DNA from: Puniceicoccaceae bacterium Marseille-Q1082
Lineage (GTDB): Bacteria; Verrucomicrobiota; Verrucomicrobiia; Opitutales; Intestinicryptomonadaceae
DNA length: 32,000 nt
Direction of reading: 5' to 3'
NCBI GenBank assembly: GCA_904424815.1
Contig: CAJGBI010000002.1
Location: forward strand, 610,206 to 642,205
Below the pieces are notes generated by a model. The model was not told where the DNA came from. It did not search any database and saw nothing but the letters and a program-made list of their open reading frames with translations. The position numbers were made by a program, and so were the translations under genes. Positions 8,340-16,451 of this stretch are shown here, in pieces (within the stretch, counting starts at the first letter, position 1; the number at the start of each line of letters is the position of its first letter).

Positions 8340-9688
8340 AGAGATTCCGCGTATTGAAATGGGCTCTCAAATCCATAGCCCGCAACCCCACCCGCACGTT
8401 TCTGACGACCCTCGGGATAATCATAGGCATAGCGGCGGTAATCGCGGTCATAGAAATCGGCGCCGGCGCGCAGGTGTCGCTTGAGAACAACTTTTCCGAA
8501 ATGGGCGTCAACACAATCCGCGTGTGGCCCGGCCCCGTCACCAGAAGCGGCATAAACAGCGGCTCCGGATCTTGGGCGACGCTGACCGTGGCGGACACCC
8601 GCGCCATCATAAAGGAGTGCCCGAAAGTGACGGCGATCTCCCCGCAGATTTCGGTCAGGGGGCAGATCATCTACGGCAATAAGAATTGGCGGCCGTTCAG
8701 CATAAGCGGCGGCAACGAGGACTTTTTGGAAATATCGAGCTGGAAAGTGGAGGACGGCATTCCGATTTCCGCCGCCCACGTGGCGAGGGCGGCAAAAGTG
8801 TGCCTCGTCGGGCAGACGATAGTGCGCGAGCTCTACGACGGCGCCAATCCGGTGGGGAAGGACTTGCGCATACAAAACGTCGTCTTCAAAGTAATCGGCG
8901 TCTTGAAGTCGAGGGGCGCCAACATGATGGGCATGGACATGGACGACTGCGTGATACTGCCGTGGACGACCATGAAGGCGCGGCTGAAAGGCGCGGGGCA
9001 GACGTCGCTGAGCGCGGTCGGAACCACCACGGACACGTCCACCACCACGACCACTTCCGCCTCCGACGTTTACACGAGCGGCGTGAGCCTCTATCCGCAG
9101 GCGTACAATACCATTCCTCCCGTGAGGTTTTCCAACATAGACAGCATGATAATGTCCGTCGCCCACCCCGACGACATCGCCGAGACCATGGAGAAAGTCC
9201 GCGAAGTTCTGCGCGAAACCCACAAGCTCGGCGACGCGGACGACGACTTCCGCATACGCTCCTTCGCGGAGTTTGCGGACATGCTCAAAAAGCAGACCGA
9301 GAGCGTGGCGAACCTGCTCATGTGCGTGGCGTTCATATCGCTTCTCGTCGGGGGGATAGGCATAATGAACATAATGCTCGTATCCGTCACGGAGCGCACG
9401 CGCGAGATAGGCCTGCGCATGGCGGTCGGCGCGCGCGCGCGCGACATTTTGCAGCAGTTTCTGGTCGAGTCGATAGTCATTTGCATACTCGGCGGGATAA
9501 TAGGGATTGCGGCCGGCCACGGGCTCTCGGTTTTCATGGCCGCAAAAATGGGCTGGCACACGGCGATATCGTACTTTGCGATATGCCTTTCCGTGGGGGT
9601 TTCGGCGCTCGTGGGCGTCGTGTTCGGATATTATCCCGCGTGGAAGGCGGCGCGCCTCGACCCGATAGAGGCTCTCAGATATGAATGA
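8336..9688 (+). CDS. ABC transporter permease, MacB-type (separate from the ATPase)
   Basis: 450 aa; ALKSIARNPTRTFLTTLGIIIGIAAVIAVIEIGAGAQ...FADMLKKQTESVANLLMCVAFISLLVGGIGIMNIMLVSVTERTREIGLRMAVGARARDI; ATGA overlap with the ATPase gene. Confidence 0.92.
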   Translation: MKRFRVLKWALKSIARNPTRTFLTTLGIIIGIAAVIAVIEIGAGAQVSLENNFSEMGVNTIRVWPGPVTRSGINSGSGSWATLTVADTRAIIKECPKVTAISPQISVRGQIIYGNKNWRPFSISGGNEDFLEISSWKVEDGIPISAAHVARAAKVCLVGQTIVRELYDGANPVGKDLRIQNVVFKVIGVLKSRGANMMGMDMDDCVILPWTTMKARLKGAGQTSLSAVGTTTDTSTTTTTSASDVYTSGVSLYPQAYNTIPPVRFSNIDSMIMSVAHPDDIAETMEKVREVLRETHKLGDADDDFRIRSFAEFADMLKKQTESVANLLMCVAFISLLVGGIGIMNIMLVSVTERTREIGLRMAVGARARDILQQFLVESIVICILGGIIGIAAGHGLSVFMAAKMGWHTAISYFAICLSVGVSALVGVVFGYYPAWKAARLDPIEALRYE

Positions 9689-11186
9689 TTTTATGCGCAA
9701 TATGAAGGGGAATATGGTTTTAGCGGCAGCGGCTGCTGCGCTGTGCGGGTGCATGGTGGGCCCCGATTTCGAGCCTCCGAAGGCCGACATGCCGAATGAG
9801 TGGAGCGCGGGGCGTGACGGGACGGAGATTTCCGATTCCGCCGAACCGCTCGAAATGTCTCCGGAGGCGCTCGCCAAATGGTGGGAGATCTTTGACGACC
9901 CTACGCTCACGTCGCTCATATCGCGCGCGTTCGAGGGGAATCTTTCAATACGCGCCGCCACTGAAAGAATCGCGCAGGCGCGCGCGACTCTCGGGATTTC
10001 TCAGAGCGGATTTTTCCCCGCGGCGAATCTGAACGCCGGCATGTCCGAAGGGGGGCATCCCATAGACGTCACGCACACGTCGTACAGAATGGGGGCGACG
10101 GCGTCGTGGGAGATTGACGTGTTCGGGGGCGTCCGCCGCGGAATAGAGGCTTCGGCGGCGGAGTACAAGGCGGCTATGGCAAACAAGGCCGCCGCGCGCA
10201 TTTCGGTCGCCGCGGAAGTCGCGCAAAACTATTTCACGTACAGGTGCATCCAGCAGGAAATTCTGATAACCAAAAGCAACCTCGAAACCCAGAGGGGGAC
10301 ATACAGGGCGACTCTCGCGCGCCAGAAATCGGGGTTCGTCTCAAAGCTCGACGCCGTTCGGGCGGCGGCGCAGGTAGAGAGCACCTCCGCGCAGCTACCC
10401 GCGCTCGAAAGCCAGCTGGAGCTCACGCGGCACGCGATAGAGTACCTTTGCGGCCTCAACACGGGCGCGCTCAAAAAGGAGCTCGAGCCGGCGGGGACCA
10501 TTCCCGCGCTTGAAAAATTTATCCCTTCCTCGGTGCCCGCCAAGCTTCTCGAACGCCGCCCCGACATAATTTCCGCCGAGTACATGCTGCACTCGGCAAC
10601 CGCCAGAATCGGCAACGCCCGCGCCGACTACTACCCGAAGTTCACCATCACCGGCAACATTTCCTACGAGGCGCCGAAAATCGGCAGCATCGTGCAAAAC
10701 CAGTACGGCACATGGTCGGTCGGCCCGAGCGCCACATGGAATATTTTCCAGGCGGGAAGAACCGTCTACAACGTGAAGTTGCAGGAGGCGCTGACCCGCG
10801 AGGCGGGAGTGGACTGGGAGGACGCCGTCCTCACCGCGGTCAAGGAGGTCGAGGACGCCCTCGTCTCGGCCAAAAAGGAGCGGGAGAGGATAGAGTATCT
10901 CAACCGCATAGTGGACAACTACCGCAAGGCTTTCGAGCTCTCGCGCGAGCTTTACACGCAGGGCGAGATAGAGTTCATAGACCTGCTCGACGCCCAGCGC
11001 TCAATGCTTTCCTCCGAGCAAAACCGCGTGCAGAGCCGCAGGGATTTCGTAAACTATATAGTGGCGCTCTACAAGTCTCTCGGCGGCGGCTGGACGGAGG
11101 AGGACGTAAAGGACGAGCCGGAAAAGCTGGAATGGATTTTCTTCGATTCCCTCGGCGACAATCCGCCGCAAGAGGGCGGCGCGTGA
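9681..11186 (+). CDS. Outer membrane efflux lipoprotein, TolC/NodT (OMF) family
   Basis: 501 aa; lipobox ...AALCGCMVGPDFEPP; repeated coiled-coil segments RIAQARATLGISQSGFFPAANL and RIGNARADYYPKFTITGNISYEAP...ATWNIFQAG. Confidence 0.9.
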   Translation: MNDFMRNMKGNMVLAAAAAALCGCMVGPDFEPPKADMPNEWSAGRDGTEISDSAEPLEMSPEALAKWWEIFDDPTLTSLISRAFEGNLSIRAATERIAQARATLGISQSGFFPAANLNAGMSEGGHPIDVTHTSYRMGATASWEIDVFGGVRRGIEASAAEYKAAMANKAAARISVAAEVAQNYFTYRCIQQEILITKSNLETQRGTYRATLARQKSGFVSKLDAVRAAAQVESTSAQLPALESQLELTRHAIEYLCGLNTGALKKELEPAGTIPALEKFIPSSVPAKLLERRPDIISAEYMLHSATARIGNARADYYPKFTITGNISYEAPKIGSIVQNQYGTWSVGPSATWNIFQAGRTVYNVKLQEALTREAGVDWEDAVLTAVKEVEDALVSAKKERERIEYLNRIVDNYRKAFELSRELYTQGEIEFIDLLDAQRSMLSSEQNRVQSRRDFVNYIVALYKSLGGGWTEEDVKDEPEKLEWIFFDSLGDNPPQEGGA

Positions 11187-11268
11187 CGGGCGCGCCGGCC
11201 GGCAACCCGCGGGAATGGGGGAAAATTGTTAGCCGGCAAAGCGTCAGGCGCGCTCCGGCAGCGGCGCT

Positions 11269-11412
11269 TTATGGGACGAGCGATCTGTAAAGCTCGCAGT
11301 ATTTGCCGAACGCGGCTTTGGCGTCGAAATTTTCTACGGCTGTTTGCCGGCAGATTTTTGAGATTTCGGATTTGTCCAAGGCGGCGAATTTTTTGATTTC
11401 CAATACCATTGT
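11269..11412 (-). pseudogene. Possible C-terminal remnant of a family-4 glycosyltransferase
   Basis: Minus-strand translation NTMVLEIKKFAALDKSEISKICRQTAVENFDAKAAFGKYCELYRSLVP* resembles a GT4 C-terminus, but no catalytic region is present before gmhA. Confidence 0.4.
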
Positions 11413-11698
11413 GTTTACGTCTCCGCGCGCGCAAGTTGCGGTATAATTTTGCGGATTTCTTCCGCAATGGGGGCGGCTGATTTGAATTTCCAGCCGCGGT
11501 TTTTCGGATAATCCGCGCAAATGCGGCGCGTCGGTTTCGGGGGACTCGTTCAAATCCGGTTAAATTTTCTTGTCGCGCCCGACGATTATTTCAAAATATT
11601 CGCATATATAATATGCGCGCGCTTTCCCCACGCGATTTTTCCGCCGCAGCGCGGCAAGATGCGCGGAAATGCGCGCGGTTGCAATTCTTTGACCGCAT

Positions 11699-12268
11699 AT
11701 GGACTATTGCAAAAACGCGGAGGAGCTCCGCAACGTTTTGGAGGCTTCAAAGGCCCTTTCGCCCGCCGCGGACGCCGTCGGGCGCGAAATCGTCTCCGTT
11801 CTGCGGGGCGGGGGCAAAATTCTAACGTGCGGCAACGGCGGCAGCGCAGCCGACGCCCTCCACATGTCCGAGGAGTTCGTCGGCAGGTTTTCGCGCGAGC
11901 GCCGCAGCCTGCCCGCCGTCTGCCTCTGCGCGGACCCCACGCTGCTTACGTGCATACTGAACGACTACGGCGCGGACAAGGTTTTCTCGCGGCAGGTGGA
12001 GTCGCTCGGGAGGGAGGGGGATTTGTTATTCGGGTTTACGACGAGCGGAAATTCCCTGAACATTGTCGAGGCGTTTGCGGCGGCGAAGAAAAGGGGCGTC
12101 AAGACGGTTCTCGTGTCGGGGAAGGGCGGCGGAAGGCTCAGGGGAGCCGCGGATTTCGAGCTGATAGTCCCATCAAGCTCCACGGCGAGGATACAGGAAG
12201 TCCACACGCTCTTTTTGCACTCATGGCTCGAAGCCGTGGACGAAGCTTTTGCCGGTTCAGGAGAATGA
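11699..12268 (+). CDS. gmhA: SIS-domain sedoheptulose-7-phosphate isomerase (GmhA-like)
   Basis: 189 aa; ILTCGNGGSAADALHMSEEFVGRFSRERRSLPAVCLCADPTLLTCILNDYGADKVFSRQVESLG, FGFTTSGNSLNIVEAF. Confidence 0.93.
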   Translation: MDYCKNAEELRNVLEASKALSPAADAVGREIVSVLRGGGKILTCGNGGSAADALHMSEEFVGRFSRERRSLPAVCLCADPTLLTCILNDYGADKVFSRQVESLGREGDLLFGFTTSGNSLNIVEAFAAAKKRGVKTVLVSGKGGGRLRGAADFELIVPSSSTARIQEVHTLFLHSWLEAVDEAFAGSGE

Positions 12269-13260
12269 AAAACTATCTGATTGCCGAAACGTACGGGCTC
12301 GGCGACAAGCTGTATACCGATTCGCTCGTAAAAGAGCTGCTTTCGCGCTCCGACACGGGGAAAGTCGCAATGCTCGTCTCGAAGGCGGGCGGTAGCCTTC
12401 GGTTGCCGTTTTACGGCGGGAGGGTGGAGCTCCTGCCGATGGAGTTTGCCTGGAACAGGCGCAGGGCGCAGAGGAATCCCCTGCGGCTGTTGCGCTCGAT
12501 TCTCGCGCCCCGTGCGGCGTTCGGCACGAGGTTTTCCGGCTATGTCGGGCTGTGCCCGCGCGGCGACTTGTGGCAGCGCCTGATACTCCGGCTGCTCGAC
12601 GCCGCCCCGATAATTTCCTACGGGTATTCCCGCGGCGAGGGTTTTTTGGAAAGAATCCTCGGCCGCTCGCGCGAGCCCGTCATGGAGGCGCGGATTTCGT
12701 TCGCAAGGCAAATCGCGCCCGACCTCCTGCCAAAGCCCGGATTTTTGCGCGATCCCTCCGCCCCCGCGAGGCGCGGGGAGGTGTTTCTCGCGCCCGAGGC
12801 GTCCGACCCAAAGCGCGAGCTCGAAGAGTCAAAGTGGATTCAGATTTCCCGCGAACTGCGCAAAAACGGCTGGAAGACCGTGCTCGTAGTCCACGCGAAT
12901 ACGGCGGTTTCAAGGGAAAATTTCGGGGAGTTTTCGGAGGTTGCCGACCTTCCGGTTCCGGATTTGATAAGGCGCGCGCAGGGCGTCGGGTTTGCGGTGG
13001 CGGTGGACTCGTTCATGGGGCATCTGCTCGCCGCGTGCGGGGCGGGGGTAGTCTCGATATTCGGGCCGCAGCGCCCCGACGTGTGGGCTCCGGCGGCGGA
13101 GCGCAGGCGGGTGGTGTATAAAAATTTCCCGTGTTCGCCGTGCGGCAAAGAGCTTTCGGAGTGCCCGCTTTGCCGGAGCGGCAAAAATTGCATACAGTCC
13201 GTTTCGGCGGAGGATGTGGTTGCGGCGTTTTACGATTTGGCGGGCGGCGAGCGCCCCTAA
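12265..13260 (+). CDS. Glycosyltransferase family 9 (heptosyltransferase-like)
   Basis: ATGA overlap with gmhA; MKNYLIAETYGLGDKLYTDSLVKEL..., C-term VAVDSFMGHLLAACGAGVVSIFGPQRPDVWAP. Confidence 0.75.
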   Translation: MKNYLIAETYGLGDKLYTDSLVKELLSRSDTGKVAMLVSKAGGSLRLPFYGGRVELLPMEFAWNRRRAQRNPLRLLRSILAPRAAFGTRFSGYVGLCPRGDLWQRLILRLLDAAPIISYGYSRGEGFLERILGRSREPVMEARISFARQIAPDLLPKPGFLRDPSAPARRGEVFLAPEASDPKRELEESKWIQISRELRKNGWKTVLVVHANTAVSRENFGEFSEVADLPVPDLIRRAQGVGFAVAVDSFMGHLLAACGAGVVSIFGPQRPDVWAPAAERRRVVYKNFPCSPCGKELSECPLCRSGKNCIQSVSAEDVVAAFYDLAGGERP

Positions 13261-13766
13261 AAGTCGAACGCGCCGAGCGCCTCCATTTCTTTGGGCGACT
13301 TCACTACGGCGTACGCCGCCGTTTTGCCCGCGCTTTCGGAGAGCAGATAGTTGCGGACTACCCCCGCGCGCGAGGCGGCTTCGATGTCGCGCTCCCTGTC
13401 GCCGAGCGACACCGAGCGCGCCATGTCAATGCGGTGCCTGTCGCGCGCTTTCAGGAACATTCCCGGGTTCGGCTTTCTGTCGGGGCCGTCCAGAAGCGGG
13501 CAGTGGAACACGTCCGCAATGCGCACCCCGCGTTTTTCAAACTCCCCGAGCATGTGCGCCGTGAGCTTGGCGAAGTCTTCCTCCGAGTAGTACCCGCGCG
13601 CTATTCCCGACTGGTTTGTCGCGACGATTATTATGAATCCCCGCGACTGCGCCGCGCGGCATGCGTCGAAAATCCCGTCGACGAACTCGAAGTCCGAGAT
13701 TTTGTGGACATAGGCTTTGTCGGCGTTTATCACGCCGTCCCTGTCGAGAAAAAACGCGCGCGTCAT
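13257..13766 (-). CDS. gmhB: HAD-family D-glycero-manno-heptose bisphosphate phosphatase (GmhB-like)
   Basis: MTRAFFLDRDGVINADKAYVHKISDFEFVDGIFDACRAAQSRGFIIIVATNQSGIARGYY... HAD motif plus GmhB-like DRDGVIN/TNQSGI. Confidence 0.9.
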   Translation of the reverse strand: MTRAFFLDRDGVINADKAYVHKISDFEFVDGIFDACRAAQSRGFIIIVATNQSGIARGYYSEEDFAKLTAHMLGEFEKRGVRIADVFHCPLLDGPDRKPNPGMFLKARDRHRIDMARSVSLGDRERDIEAASRAGVVRNYLLSESAGKTAAYAVVKSPKEMEALGAFDF

Positions 13767-15238
13767 TTTTTTTCGCGCCCCATCTTGGCGATTATTTCCG
13801 ACGTCGAAAAATTTTCCAGCCTCTTTATCCGCACCGCCTTTCCGCCCGCGGAAATGACGAACTGCGCCTCGGGCCACTTGTCCAGCTCGTAGCCCTCTTT
13901 GGCGATCACGTCGGGGCGCAGGGTTTTGACGAGCTCGAGGGCTGTGTCGCCGCCGAACACGCACACGGCGTCGACGCACGAGAGCGCCGCAAGAACCGAC
14001 GCCCTCGTCAACTCGTCCTGCACGGGGCGGCCGGCGCCCTTGAGCCTGCGCACGGAGTCGTCCGAATTTACGCCCACGACGAGGAAGTCGCACTCGCGCC
14101 TGGCCTGTTCGAGCGAATAGAGGTGCCCCCTGTGCAGCAAATCGAAGCATCCGTTGGTAAAGCCCACGCGCAGCCCGTCCGCCCGCAGCCTTTCGGCAAT
14201 CCTCCCGAGCTCTTCGGCGGTTGCGATCTTTTCGGACGCCGGGCGGGCGGTTCGGGACAGCTCCGCCTCCATTTCCCTCATGGAAACCGTCGCGGTGCCG
14301 AGCTTTGTCACGGCGATTCCCGCGGCGATGTTGGCGGCCTCCATAGCCTCCTCCACCGTCGAACCCGCCGCGAGGCAGAGCGCCATCGCCGAAATCGACG
14401 TGTCCCCCGCTCCGGAGACGTCGTAGACCTTTCTGCGCTTGGTGCGCGCGCATACGGCGCCCCGCGCGTCGGGCGCTTTTGCGTAGAACATTCCGTGCTC
14501 CCCGAGGGTGACGACAAGCCCCCCGATGCGCGCTTTTGAAAATATTTTTTTCGCCCCTTCCGCAATCCGTTCGGCAAATCCTTCCGAGTCGGGATCGACT
14601 TTCGCGCCGGAGACGGCTTCGAACTCTTTGAGGTTTGGCTTTACGATGTCGGCGCCGCGGTATTTAGAGAAGTCGTCCCCCTTGGGGTCTACGACGACTT
14701 TTATGCCCCTCTCCGCCGCCTTTTCGACGACGAACGCGGCAAGCTCACCGGAGACGAAGCCCTTGCCGTAGTCGGAGAGCACCGCGATGTCGGCGTCCGC
14801 GATTTCCTCCGAGACCGCGCGCTTGGCCTCGGCGAGCTCTTCGGGCGACGGCGGGGCGATTTCCTCGTCGTCTATCCTCAAAATGTGGGTGTTTGCCGAG
14901 ACTATGCGCGTTTTTGCCGTCGTCGGAACGCCGTCTCTGGCGGCGAGGCGCGCGGAGATTCCGCCGGATTTCATGAGGCATGTGATTTTCTCCCCGTCGG
15001 CGTCGCGTCCGACCCGCGCGACCGCCGAAACCTTCGCCCCCAGAGCGGCGATGTTGGCTGCTACATTCCCCACGCCGCCGAGCATGGAGACTTCGCGCGT
15101 CTTTTTGAAAACGGGCACGGGGGCTTCGGGGGATATTCTCTCGACTTTGCCGTATATAAAAGTGTCGAGCATGGCGTCGCCGACGCACAATACTTTCAGC
15201 GACGGAAATTTTTCCAATAATGCGGTCAGGTTCTGCAT
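13763..15238 (-). CDS. hldE: Bifunctional heptose-7-phosphate kinase / heptose-1-phosphate adenylyltransferase
   Basis: 491 aa; ribokinase-like GGVGNVAANIAALGAKVSAVARVGRD and DVSGAGDTSISAMAL, plus cytidylyltransferase-like VGFTNGCFDLLHRGHLYSLEQAR domain. Confidence 0.95.
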   Translation of the reverse strand: MQNLTALLEKFPSLKVLCVGDAMLDTFIYGKVERISPEAPVPVFKKTREVSMLGGVGNVAANIAALGAKVSAVARVGRDADGEKITCLMKSGGISARLAARDGVPTTAKTRIVSANTHILRIDDEEIAPPSPEELAEAKRAVSEEIADADIAVLSDYGKGFVSGELAAFVVEKAAERGIKVVVDPKGDDFSKYRGADIVKPNLKEFEAVSGAKVDPDSEGFAERIAEGAKKIFSKARIGGLVVTLGEHGMFYAKAPDARGAVCARTKRRKVYDVSGAGDTSISAMALCLAAGSTVEEAMEAANIAAGIAVTKLGTATVSMREMEAELSRTARPASEKIATAEELGRIAERLRADGLRVGFTNGCFDLLHRGHLYSLEQARRECDFLVVGVNSDDSVRRLKGAGRPVQDELTRASVLAALSCVDAVCVFGGDTALELVKTLRPDVIAKEGYELDKWPEAQFVISAGGKAVRIKRLENFSTSEIIAKMGREKK

Positions 15239-15343
15239 CGGTTCCGTAGTTTATGGCAATGAAATAAATGTCTATCGCAGTTTTAGTTAAATCAAATAAC
15301 GTTGACAAACCGAAAGGTCGAAGTCAAATGTCATATTCGATAT

Positions 15344-16369
15344 ATGAGAAAAATTTGCGCGCAAATATTTGTCACGAACGTTCCCTCATTTTACAAGTTA
15401 AATCTGTACAACGAAATAAACAAAAAGCAGCGCGTATTGGCCGTTTTTACGGACGACGGCGACCCCACCCGAAACGCCGACTTCTACAAGGGGTCGGCGG
15501 AGTTTGAAAGCGTCAGTCTGGGCGGGAGGCCTTTTTTGTCGAAAGCCGCGGCGCTGCTTAAAATAATATTTTTTTGCGAATATAAAATGCTCGTCCTGGG
15601 GGGGTGGAACAGCGCGTTGCAATGGATTTGCGCGTTCGCCTCTCCGCGCCAGAAAAACGCCCTCGCGCTGGAATCGAGCATATTTGAATCCACCGTAAAG
15701 GGGTGGAGGGGATTTTTGAAGAGGATTTTTTTGAGCCGCGTATACAAGGTTTTCGCCTCCGGAAAAATGCACAAAAAACTGCTCGACGCTCTGGAATACC
15801 GCGGGGAGGTCGCAATAACAAAAGGCGTGGGAATATACAACATAGTCGACACGCCCCCCTTTGCGCCGAAATCCGAAATACGCAACTTCATATACGTTGG
15901 CAGGTTCATACCGTGCAAGAACCTCGAGAACCTCGTGGAGGCGTTCAAAAAATTCCCCGACTGCACGCTCACAATGGTCGGATACGGGGAGCTCGAAGCC
16001 AAACTGCGCGCGGCGGCGCCGAAAAACGTAAAATTCGTCGGCGCGGTCGAAAACGCGCGGCTGCCGGATTATTACAGGCAAAACGACGTGTTCATTCTGC
16101 CGTCTTTCAGCGAGACCTGGGGGGTCGTGGTGGAGGAGGCGCTGAACAACGGGCTGCCCGTGATAATAAGCGAAAACGTGGGGTGCAACGGCGAGGCGGT
16201 CGAGGACGGCGTGAACGGCGCGGTTTTCAAGTTTTCAGACAAAGACCCTATTGCGCGGGCTATACGGCGGATTAGGGAGCCTGCATTCTACAATAAAATC
16301 TCGCAGAATATAAGAAAAACGGATTTCAGGGAAATTGCGGGGCGCCAAATTGATTGCTACTTGGCGTAA
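15344..16369 (+). CDS. Glycosyltransferase family 4-type
   Basis: Start ATG 15344 (MRKICAQIFVTNVPSFYKLNLY); NFIYVGRFIPCKNLENLVEAF, FVGAVENARLPDYYRQNDVFILPSFSETWGVVVEEALNNGLPVIIS. Confidence 0.88.
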   Translation: MRKICAQIFVTNVPSFYKLNLYNEINKKQRVLAVFTDDGDPTRNADFYKGSAEFESVSLGGRPFLSKAAALLKIIFFCEYKMLVLGGWNSALQWICAFASPRQKNALALESSIFESTVKGWRGFLKRIFLSRVYKVFASGKMHKKLLDALEYRGEVAITKGVGIYNIVDTPPFAPKSEIRNFIYVGRFIPCKNLENLVEAFKKFPDCTLTMVGYGELEAKLRAAAPKNVKFVGAVENARLPDYYRQNDVFILPSFSETWGVVVEEALNNGLPVIISENVGCNGEAVEDGVNGAVFKFSDKDPIARAIRRIREPAFYNKISQNIRKTDFREIAGRQIDCYLA

Positions 16370-16451
16370 TTGTATAACTATGCATTGTAGCGAGTTATCT
16401 GCAAGGGCTTTTCTGCTTGCAATAAAATTTAAAAAATAAATTATTTCCGGA

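Noticed and set aside
8686-9684. 332-aa plus-strand ORF overlapping the MacB-type permease
   Set aside because: Shadow ORF (repetitive R/G/H-rich translation) fully inside a well-supported permease gene.
7976-9961. 661-aa minus-strand ORF
   Set aside because: Antisense to three well-supported genes; translation shows no domain logic and is compositionally biased.
15302-15343. Upstream TTG start (15302) for the GT4 gene adding MTNRKVEVKCHIRY
   Set aside because: The extension lies on top of the inverted repeat / promoter-like sequence; the ATG at 15344 gives a normal glycosyltransferase N-terminus. Not experimentally settled.
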